From positions 463,405-495,404 of the forward strand of contig NZ_BJKB01000002.1 in the NCBI RefSeq assembly GCF_010725055.1: DNA of 32,000 nt, given 5' to 3'. Made by a program: the position numbers and the translations under genes. Below the pieces are notes generated by a model. The model searched no databases, was not told the origin of the DNA, and saw nothing but the letters and a program-made list of their open reading frames with translations. The stretch comes from Gelidibacter japonicus (GTDB taxonomy: Bacteria > Bacteroidota > Bacteroidia > Flavobacteriales > Flavobacteriaceae). Positions 19,506-26,716 of the stretch are shown here, piece by piece (the first letter of the stretch is position 1; each line of letters opens with the position of its first letter).

Positions 19506-22500
19506 CTAAAATTGCATGATATCTTCCGCTAATATTTTTCTCAAATAAAAGAGCAATTCTTCGGCGTTATCTTTAGTAAAAATAATTGGGGGTTTAATCT
19601 TCAATACGTTATGATCTGGACCATCAGTACTCATTAAAATACCGTGATCTTTCATTCTATCTGCTAAATAATCGGTTTGGGCTGCCAATGGATTCATATC
19701 CGCATCCACCAATTCAATTCCAAGAAATAAACCTTGTCCACGCACATCACCAATAATTGGAAACTCGTGAGCCAATTTACGGAGTTCATCTTTTAAAAAT
19801 GTTCCGACTTTTAAGGCGTTTTCCTGTAATTTCTCCCGCTTTACAGTGCGTATCACCTCAGCACCAATAGCACAGGACACTGGATTCCCACCAAAAGTAT
19901 TGAAGTATTCCATGCCATTCGCAAACTTATCTGCAACCTCACGTGTACAAGCCACTGCAGCAAGGGGATGTCCATTACCTAAAGGCTTGCCAATAGTGAC
20001 AATATCTGGAACCACATCATGTAATTGAAAGCCCCAAAATGTTTTCCCCGTCCTGCCGCAACCCGTTTGGACTTCGTCAGAAATACAAAGGCCGCCAGCT
20101 GCTCTCACTTTTTCATAGGCTTTGGCTAAAAACCCTTCTGGCAACTCAACTTGTCCGCCGCAGCTGATAATAGGTTCTATAATGAATGCACCTACGCCAC
20201 GGCTTTTTTTATGGACAACATCGATTTGTTTTTGGACTTCTTCTGCATATTTCTCTGCGCTGTCCTCGCCTCTATATTTTCCTCTAAACGCATCTGGCAA
20301 AGGGAAAATATGGGTATGTTCTGGAGCACCACTTCCTCCTTTTCCATCAAATTTATAAGAACTAATGTCGATGCACATATTACTATTGCCATGATAGCCC
20401 ACTTCACTGGCTATTATATCCCGTTCGCCAGTGGCCGCTTTGACCATTCTAATGGCCAGTTCATTGGCTTCACTGCCCGAATTGACAAAATGTAAAACAC
20501 TTAATTCTGGTGGCAAGGTTTCAATAAGTTCTTCGGCCAGGGCATTGATATTGTCGTGCAAATAGCGCGAATTGGTATTGATCAGAGCCATTTGTTCTTG
20601 ACCTGCCTTTACCACGTCATAATTTTCATGACCAACATGCGCCACGTTATTGACGGTGTCCAAATATTTACGTCCGTACTGGTCCATTAAATATTGACCC
20701 GCACCGCGAACCATTTTGATGGGCTCTTTATATTGAAGACTTAAGCTTTTGCCTAAATGTTGCTTTCTATAGTTGATTAATTCGGCATTGGAAGTGCCAT
20801 CAATTTTTTGAAGCGCTTCGGTTTTAAATAACACATTCGGATTTGGACAGATATTCTTCCACACGTTTATTTGATTATAATACGCAACGCCGGGGAAATC
20901 ATTCTTATAATCTAAAAGTGACAACATGAGCTGAAAATGAAGATGAGGCACCCAATTGCCGTTTTCTTGTGAAGCTCCTAATGCTCCGATTTTTTCATCT
21001 TTCTTTATAGTGTCCCCAACTTTATTTTTAGTAGCGCTTTCAACCGATAAATGCCCATATAGGGTGTAGAATTCAAAGTCGTCGGCTTGGTGTTTTAGAA
21101 TAACCAATCCACCATATTCCTTATCACCAGCGTCATTGACAGCAATAACCACTTCGCCATCAAATAGCGCATGAACTGGAGTGCCGCTTGGCAACCAAAA
21201 ATCAACCCCTAAGTGGATGGTTCTACTTTCCTTTCCGGAATTTCCTATTTTATCATAAGCATCCGACGTATATAAAGCACGAGGTTCTAAATAGCCACCG
21301 GCGATAATTTTGTTAGAATTTTTCTTTTGAAGCCGGTCAATTTTAAACTGAAAGAGGTCCAGATCGTTAAATTCCTCTTGGTGACCGATCCATTTGCTCG
21401 ACACACTCAAATCGACGTGATGTACGTCGTTCTTGTCAATGGTTGGAAACAGGTGGTTTAGTTCAAAACTTTGTTTTTCAGCCCAATCCTTAAACGCCTT
21501 TGTCTTAGGATGTGCTTCGTAACCACAGGTATTTCTAAAACTGAAATGCGCAAAATCCGGACTTATATTGCGCCATTTCTCAAGCACTTTCCAAGCTGGT
21601 TTTTCACTGATCAACAAGTAGGTGTTATCAGGTTCTGCAATTTTATTGATGGCCGATTTAGTCACTGAAATCACCAATCGCATGGCAATAGCATTGTATA
21701 AATGCGCTAATTCGTCCTCTTGCAATTCAAACGTCGAATGATAGCCTTGAACAATCGGCAAAGCCGCTTCCAACGGGTCGTTATGATCCATTATAGCATA
21801 CGCGCAAGCAACGGCAACATCATTTATAATCTGGGTATGAACAGCGTCGCCATAATCTATGACCGCTTCAACTTTAGGTTCAAGTAAATCGGAGGAGACA
21901 ATGATATTATTATCGTTGGCATCATTGTGAACGACTGCTTTTCTTAATTTCGAATAGGTATCTTGAGAGACTTCAAACAGATTTTGAAAATATTCAACGA
22001 TGGCTTTTTCTTCATCTCTAAACAGGTCAACATGGTCTTTTGTCCAAAGCGATTGTGCCACATCCCAATCAAATCCGCGATGTGCTTCTGCATGGTCAAA
22101 CCCTTGCAGCGATAGGGTCAACAATCCGCATTGTTTACCTAAACTAAAGCGCAAATCATCCAATTGCGGATTGATGCCACTCCAAACGCGGCCAGAAACC
22201 CAACTTAATAACCGCACATGGCGTTCCTTTCCAAAATCATCGGTGATTTTAGAAATAGCATTTCCATTCGTATCACTTATAACTTTGGGCGCCATTAGAT
22301 TTCGCCCATGATCTGCAACAAACTGCAATAGTTGTTGTTGAAAATCAAGATAGTTCTCATTTTCGTTCGGCCGGGATATTTTTAGAATGTAACCAGGCCC
22401 ATTATCAACCTTAATTCTAAAGTTAAAATCCAATTCGCCAGGAAGTGCTGTTGCCTTTCCTTTAATCTGGAATAGCTTGAAGAGAATGTCTTCAGCCTGC

Positions 22501-22532
22501 TGATTTGATATTTTTAAGTTGTCGTAGTTCAT
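19506..22532 (-). CDS. Three-domain fusion: APH-fold hydroxylysine-kinase-like domain, M23 metallopeptidase domain, and class-III aminotransferase-fold AGXT2L-type phospho-lyase-like domain
   Basis: 1008 aa, no signal peptide. Residues 1-330 carry the kinase motifs YILKISR, VVHNDANDNN (catalytic loop, nt 21906-21929) and VIDYGDA. Residues about 410-540 carry the M23 motifs HLGVD (H440/D444, nt 21201-21215), LYGHL and HLH (H530/H532, nt 20937-20945). Residues about 585-1008 carry NNVAHVGH, NTNSRYLHDN, NSGSEAN, CGGQ, DEVQTGCGRTGKTFWGFQ, VPDIVTIGKPLGNGHP (PLP lysine K849, nt 19986-19988), MEYFNTFGGNPVSCA and NVLKIKPP. As I recall them, these closely track the human AGXT2L1/AGXT2L2 phospho-lyases. 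Confidence 0.85.
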   Translation of the reverse strand: MNYDNLKISNQQAEDILFKLFQIKGKATALPGELDFNFRIKVDNGPGYILKISRPNENENYLDFQQQLLQFVADHGRNLMAPKVISDTNGNAISKITDDFGKERHVRLLSWVSGRVWSGINPQLDDLRFSLGKQCGLLTLSLQGFDHAEAHRGFDWDVAQSLWTKDHVDLFRDEEKAIVEYFQNLFEVSQDTYSKLRKAVVHNDANDNNIIVSSDLLEPKVEAVIDYGDAVHTQIINDVAVACAYAIMDHNDPLEAALPIVQGYHSTFELQEDELAHLYNAIAMRLVISVTKSAINKIAEPDNTYLLISEKPAWKVLEKWRNISPDFAHFSFRNTCGYEAHPKTKAFKDWAEKQSFELNHLFPTIDKNDVHHVDLSVSSKWIGHQEEFNDLDLFQFKIDRLQKKNSNKIIAGGYLEPRALYTSDAYDKIGNSGKESRTIHLGVDFWLPSGTPVHALFDGEVVIAVNDAGDKEYGGLVILKHQADDFEFYTLYGHLSVESATKNKVGDTIKKDEKIGALGASQENGNWVPHLHFQLMLSLLDYKNDFPGVAYYNQINVWKNICPNPNVLFKTEALQKIDGTSNAELINYRKQHLGKSLSLQYKEPIKMVRGAGQYLMDQYGRKYLDTVNNVAHVGHENYDVVKAGQEQMALINTNSRYLHDNINALAEELIETLPPELSVLHFVNSGSEANELAIRMVKAATGERDIIASEVGYHGNSNMCIDISSYKFDGKGGSGAPEHTHIFPLPDAFRGKYRGEDSAEKYAEEVQKQIDVVHKKSRGVGAFIIEPIISCGGQVELPEGFLAKAYEKVRAAGGLCISDEVQTGCGRTGKTFWGFQLHDVVPDIVTIGKPLGNGHPLAAVACTREVADKFANGMEYFNTFGGNPVSCAIGAEVIRTVKREKLQENALKVGTFLKDELRKLAHEFPIIGDVRGQGLFLGIELVDADMNPLAAQTDYLADRMKDHGILMSTDGPDHNVLKIKPPIIFTKDNAEELLFYLRKILAEDIMQF

Positions 22533-24563
22533 TTAGTCGTTTTGTAATAGCATGATAAGATGTGCTGCACTCCAACTGAAATTTTGGGCGTTTAAACCTT
22601 CTCCAGTGATGGGATGGTAATTCTCACGAATGGCTTTTCCTTTTCCTAAAACGCCATTGGCACCTTCAATAATTCGGATGGTCGCTTGATCTGCCTCTGT
22701 ATTAAATCCGTAATTGCGTAATCCCTGAACACCAAAATAAGCCTGATCCAGCCAGTTCGGGCCTCTCCAATAACCTTTTAGTGGATTGAATTTCTCATGA
22801 TCCGCACTCATGGTTTGAAAAGGGACTTTCGTATAGAACTTTTCAGGGTCCATCATTTTAAATTTTACAGCATTAGCTTGCTCTTGTGTTGTGGCATTTG
22901 CCCAAAGTGCGGTCCAGCCTTCACTTCCTTCACCTTTAATAAAAGTTTTACCGTCAAGAGTTGTATCATAAAACCAACCGTCCTCTGGGTCATAGAATTG
23001 TTCTTGGATTTTATCTTTCAATAGTGCTGCTTCGTCTTTATAGGTTTTTGCATCCTCTAATTTATTGATTATCTCTGCCAATTCACTTAAATAAAGTTTT
23101 TCAGCATACAAATAAGCGTTTAAATCGACACTTTCCTGATCTAAAGAATACGCACCTTCTCCGTTTTTAAGAATTTTGGAATCGTCAAAACGAATGGCAT
23201 TATCCATTCCACTTTCCCATTTTGCGGCTACTACGGTTCCATCGGTAGAACCATATTCACATAATCCATCTTGATCGTGGTCGCGTTTAGCGTACCACCA
23301 CTCGTGGTAATTTTTGATTTTCGGATACAACTCTTTTACAAATTCGGCATCCTTATCCTTTTCATAAATTTTAGCAACCGCCCATGCCGATAGTGGTGGT
23401 TTGGTGTCGCGGTAGTTATGCGCTTCAATTGTGGTATCTCGAAAGATACAATCGACTATAAATCCATCATCACTTTGAAAATCGAACATGGCCCGCATTT
23501 GATTTTTTGCCAAGTCGATGTCATAATAGGCTAATCCCACAGCATGTTTCCACGAATCCCAGGCCCAAAACCCGTGGAAGCCTATATAATGATAACTTGG
23601 AAATAAGCCTTCGTTGGTCAATTCCCCAGCAGGGATTCGCCAGTTATTTTGTAAGGTCAACTGTGACTTGGCCAGAACCCCAGCATATTTATCATCTTTA
23701 AATTCTGGTTTCCTATTTTCAATAATGGCTTTTAACTGATTGTTCTTTTCGCTTTTTCGAACTTCAAAAACCGAATCAAAATTCACGTTAGCTATGCTTT
23801 GTTTCTCTTCTTCCCAGGAATATTCAGGAAAAATAAAAGTTTGTGCCACCACAATTTCTTTGGTTTCGTTGGGTTTTAGAGTCAGAACCTCTTTTGCTTT
23901 ATAGTTTAAGCTATCAACCAACTCAACCTGCGTATTTTTAGGGAAAGTGAGGTAGCCTATAGCATCGGTTTCTGTGGAATTAATAGTGATGGTGTGATCA
24001 TTTTGCGATAATGAAATCCCTTCAATCAAAATTGGCGCATTTCCCCAAAGCACTTCCACATCGATCGTTTCATTACCAGTATTCTTGATTTTGGTCTGCA
24101 ATAAAGCGGTGTGGCCGTTTTTAAAAAGCAAGGTTTCGCTAACGGCTATTTTATCGCATGCATAATTCATTTCCAAGTGACTTGAATAACTACGTGAAGA
24201 TTCGGTCTTTAAGGATTCAGGATTGTTATCCACCCTAATCTTAGTATTTGCAAAAGAATTGCTTAACCAAACCCCGTTTTGCTGTGTCATTAAAAAAGGT
24301 CCTGTAAAGCCAATCACATCAGTTGTATCTTCAGGCATCCCATAGGCAAACCAAGCGCCCTGATCAGAAAACATAAGACCTGATCTGTCTTTAGCATCTT
24401 TCGGCGTGATATGATAATCCAAAATGTTTTCACTGAAATCCAGAAAATTATTTGCTTTCTCAGTTTTCTGTGATTCTTTTGAAGTATTGCAACTCAAATT
24501 AAATAACAATCCGAGTGTAATTACATATTTGGCCATTGTTTTCAGATACATCTTTTTAACCAT
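22533..24563 (-). CDS. GH63-family YgjK-like glycoside hydrolase (predicted alpha-glucosidase), lipoprotein
   Basis: 676 aa with signal and lipobox (ITLGLLFNLSCNTS; alternative starts at Met5 and Met10). An N-terminal beta-sandwich is followed by an (alpha/alpha)6 catalytic domain with YgjK/trehalase-clan motifs: GFHGFWAWDSWKHA, KPPLSAWAV, RDHDQDGLCEYG, WESGMDN (putative catalytic Asp), YWRGPNWLDQ, IRENYHPITGE (putative catalytic Glu) and NFSWSAAHLIMLL. Its stop abuts the ATG of the fusion gene (TAAATG). Confidence 0.8.
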   Translation of the reverse strand: MVKKMYLKTMAKYVITLGLLFNLSCNTSKESQKTEKANNFLDFSENILDYHITPKDAKDRSGLMFSDQGAWFAYGMPEDTTDVIGFTGPFLMTQQNGVWLSNSFANTKIRVDNNPESLKTESSRSYSSHLEMNYACDKIAVSETLLFKNGHTALLQTKIKNTGNETIDVEVLWGNAPILIEGISLSQNDHTITINSTETDAIGYLTFPKNTQVELVDSLNYKAKEVLTLKPNETKEIVVAQTFIFPEYSWEEEKQSIANVNFDSVFEVRKSEKNNQLKAIIENRKPEFKDDKYAGVLAKSQLTLQNNWRIPAGELTNEGLFPSYHYIGFHGFWAWDSWKHAVGLAYYDIDLAKNQMRAMFDFQSDDGFIVDCIFRDTTIEAHNYRDTKPPLSAWAVAKIYEKDKDAEFVKELYPKIKNYHEWWYAKRDHDQDGLCEYGSTDGTVVAAKWESGMDNAIRFDDSKILKNGEGAYSLDQESVDLNAYLYAEKLYLSELAEIINKLEDAKTYKDEAALLKDKIQEQFYDPEDGWFYDTTLDGKTFIKGEGSEGWTALWANATTQEQANAVKFKMMDPEKFYTKVPFQTMSADHEKFNPLKGYWRGPNWLDQAYFGVQGLRNYGFNTEADQATIRIIEGANGVLGKGKAIRENYHPITGEGLNAQNFSWSAAHLIMLLQND

Positions 24564-24634
24564 TTCAAAGTTTTAAATCCATTTATATTATGACATAGCA
24601 AATTTCGTTTTTTTATTGACAATAACACAAAACT

Positions 24635-24655
24635 CACCTTTACTTGACCTTACAA
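24635..24655 (-). promoter_or_regulatory. Candidate operator, site A: TTGTAAGGTCAAGTAAAGGTG (read on the minus strand)
   Basis: Lies 71 nt upstream of the first GH63 ATG and 107 nt upstream of the divergent regulator gene. It differs by a single-base indel from the element at 26600-26621 and contains the direct half-sites GTAAGGT and GTAAAGGT spaced 10 bp start to start. Confidence 0.55.
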
Positions 24656-24761
24656 ATGCCTCTTTCATTAAAAATATTAAATTAATATTGTCGATATTTG
24701 ATAACACGCAAATCATTCTAAAAAGTATAAGTACAGCTCTGTTACTAAGAAATTCCAATTC

Positions 24762-26456
24762 ATGAAAAAGTTGACGCATTTTATTCTTTTCACCTTTATA
24801 TGCATTTGTTTTACAACACAGGCACAAACGAATATATGGGATGAAAACCCAGCTGATTCGCAAGTTGAATTGGACAGTTTGTTGACCATTTTACCTACAG
24901 TGAATCGGGTAAAAAAAACACCCTTGTTAAATAGGATTGCAGAGATCTATTGGTCAATCAACCCTGACAAAACCATAGAATATGCTTCAGAAGCCTTACA
25001 ACTATCAAAGGAATTCAATCAAAAAGAGCAAGAAGGCTTGGCCCTTATCAATCTTTGCCAAGGCTATTTATTTAATGATATTTATGATAAGGCCTTACAA
25101 TATGGTTTACAATCTCTAGAAATCCGGAAAGAGATTGGAAATGACTACGATTTGGCTTTTACCTTACGCACGCTTGGATGGCTCTATTATGACATTGGAT
25201 ATTTTGACAAAGCCTTGGAATATCATACGGAAGTACTCAAAATACACGAAAAAATAGGTTCAAAACAACGGATTGCCTACAGTTACAATAGTATAGGACT
25301 GATTTATGAGGGGAAAGGCGATTGCAATTTAGCATTATCCTTTTTTAAGCGATCCTTAAAACTCATCGAAGAGCTTGACAATAAGGACAGAATTGCCGAA
25401 GCCATGACCAATATGGGCATCTGTTATCGTAAAATCGATGACCTTGGTTTAGCCATAAGATACTTAGAATCGGCGCTGGAGATTACCAATGAAATCAAAT
25501 TCGATCACAAAAAAGTCTATATCCTGCATGAGCTGTCCATTGTCTATTTGAAACAGGAGGATTTTAAAAAAGCCCACGCTTTATTGGAAGAATCGAGAAT
25601 GATTATTCAAACGATCAAGAATAACAAAGAATTAATTTTAGAGAATAATAAAATCACCTCCGATTATTATGTCGCAACAAATAATTATAAGGAGGCCTAC
25701 AGTTACTACAAGAAATACATAGAAGAATCCTCTGAAATATTCTCAAGCACTGAAAGTGAAAGACTCGCCGAAATGAGAGTTTTGTACGAGGCCGAACGAC
25801 GTGAAAACGAAATTAAACTCTTAGAACAAGAACGACACTTAGAAGCACAAAAAAGAAATTTTCTACTCATTGGTGCGCTATTATTGGTCATTATTGCAGT
25901 CCTGATTATTGGAAGCCTCTGGAATAATATAAAAAAGAAGAAGGCCATCTACTTGCAGAGCCACAAACTCTCAAAAGAGAAGTTAAAAACACAATCTTTA
26001 GAACGCGAGAATCTTGAACACAAGTTAGAGTTTCGCCAAAAAGAACTCACAAACCTAGCCTTGTTTATCTCGCAACGTACTTCCATATATAAGGACTTCA
26101 CCAAGTCTTTAAAAGATTTAAAATTCACCGATTTAAAAGAGCTCAAAAAAAACATTGATAATCTTATAAAAGAATATACGTTTAAGTTTGATTTTAATGA
26201 AGACATTCAACGCTTCCATGCCAATATAGAAAATCTGCAAAGCGACTTTCTATTTAAAATCAAAGAAGAATTCCCGCATTTAACGGATAAAGATGTTCAG
26301 CTTGCTGTTCAGGTCAAACTCAAACTTAGCTCCAAGGAAATTGCCAATATAAATAATATCTCTTTAAATTCGGTGGAAATTGGCAGGCATCGATTAAGAA
26401 AAAAGCTCGGCTTGGAGTCAAAAGACAATCTTGTAACTTTTTTAGAAAACATTTAA
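24762..26456 (+). CDS. One-component transmembrane regulator: periplasmic TPR sensor, single TM helix, cytoplasmic coiled coil, LuxR/GerE-type HTH
   Basis: 564 aa. It has a signal peptide (MKKLTHFILFTFICICFTTQAQ), multiple TPR-like repeats (residues about 60-330, e.g. YDKALQYGLQSLEI, FDKALEYHTEVLKI, NLALSFFKRSLKL), a TM helix FLLIGALLLVIIAVLIIGSLW (nt 25860-25922) and a C-terminal HTH LTDKDVQLAVQVKLKLSSKEIANINNISLNSVEIGRHRLRKKLGL (nt about 26280-26417). Confidence 0.8.
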   Translation: MKKLTHFILFTFICICFTTQAQTNIWDENPADSQVELDSLLTILPTVNRVKKTPLLNRIAEIYWSINPDKTIEYASEALQLSKEFNQKEQEGLALINLCQGYLFNDIYDKALQYGLQSLEIRKEIGNDYDLAFTLRTLGWLYYDIGYFDKALEYHTEVLKIHEKIGSKQRIAYSYNSIGLIYEGKGDCNLALSFFKRSLKLIEELDNKDRIAEAMTNMGICYRKIDDLGLAIRYLESALEITNEIKFDHKKVYILHELSIVYLKQEDFKKAHALLEESRMIIQTIKNNKELILENNKITSDYYVATNNYKEAYSYYKKYIEESSEIFSSTESERLAEMRVLYEAERRENEIKLLEQERHLEAQKRNFLLIGALLLVIIAVLIIGSLWNNIKKKKAIYLQSHKLSKEKLKTQSLERENLEHKLEFRQKELTNLALFISQRTSIYKDFTKSLKDLKFTDLKELKKNIDNLIKEYTFKFDFNEDIQRFHANIENLQSDFLFKIKEEFPHLTDKDVQLAVQVKLKLSSKEIANINNISLNSVEIGRHRLRKKLGLESKDNLVTFLENI

Positions 26457-26599
26457 GGTATAAGGTTATTTCTGACAACCTTTTGCCCACATCTCATCCA
26501 ACAAAACACACTGATCAGCAAATTACTCCCACATAATCAGATACTTAAATAATTAAATTCAGATTTCAAAAGCCTCAATAAAATTAAAATTTATATAGG

Positions 26600-26621
26600 T
26601 TGTAAAGGTCAAGTAAAGGTG
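26600..26621 (+). promoter_or_regulatory. Candidate operator, site B: TTGTAAAGGTCAAGTAAAGGTG
   Basis: Lies 95 nt upstream of the SusC ATG at 26717. It contains a perfect direct repeat GTAAAGGT at 26602-26609 and 26613-26620 (11-bp phasing) and matches site A apart from one extra A. Confidence 0.55.
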
Positions 26622-26716
26622 GTTTCTAATGTTTTGTCTCAAAATAATTTCATATTTGGTATTCTTAAACTTAAGTTAAATCGAAGTTTCAGCTAACTAA
26701 TAAAGAAATTACTAAC

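Noticed and set aside
20913-21305. Reading the M23 domain as evidence that the 1008-aa protein is a secreted cell-wall hydrolase, as automated 'peptidase M23' annotations might suggest.
   Set aside because: There is no signal peptide or TM segment. The domain is internal, flanked by a nucleotide-dependent kinase fold and a PLP enzyme fold that both require a cytoplasmic location.
24588-24863. 91-aa minus-strand ORF in the divergent promoter region between the GH63 gene and the regulator gene.
   Set aside because: It overlaps the 5' end of the well-supported regulator CDS on the opposite strand and spans the candidate operator and promoter region. Its sequence has no recognisable domain and is Cys- and Ile-rich in a non-protein-like way.
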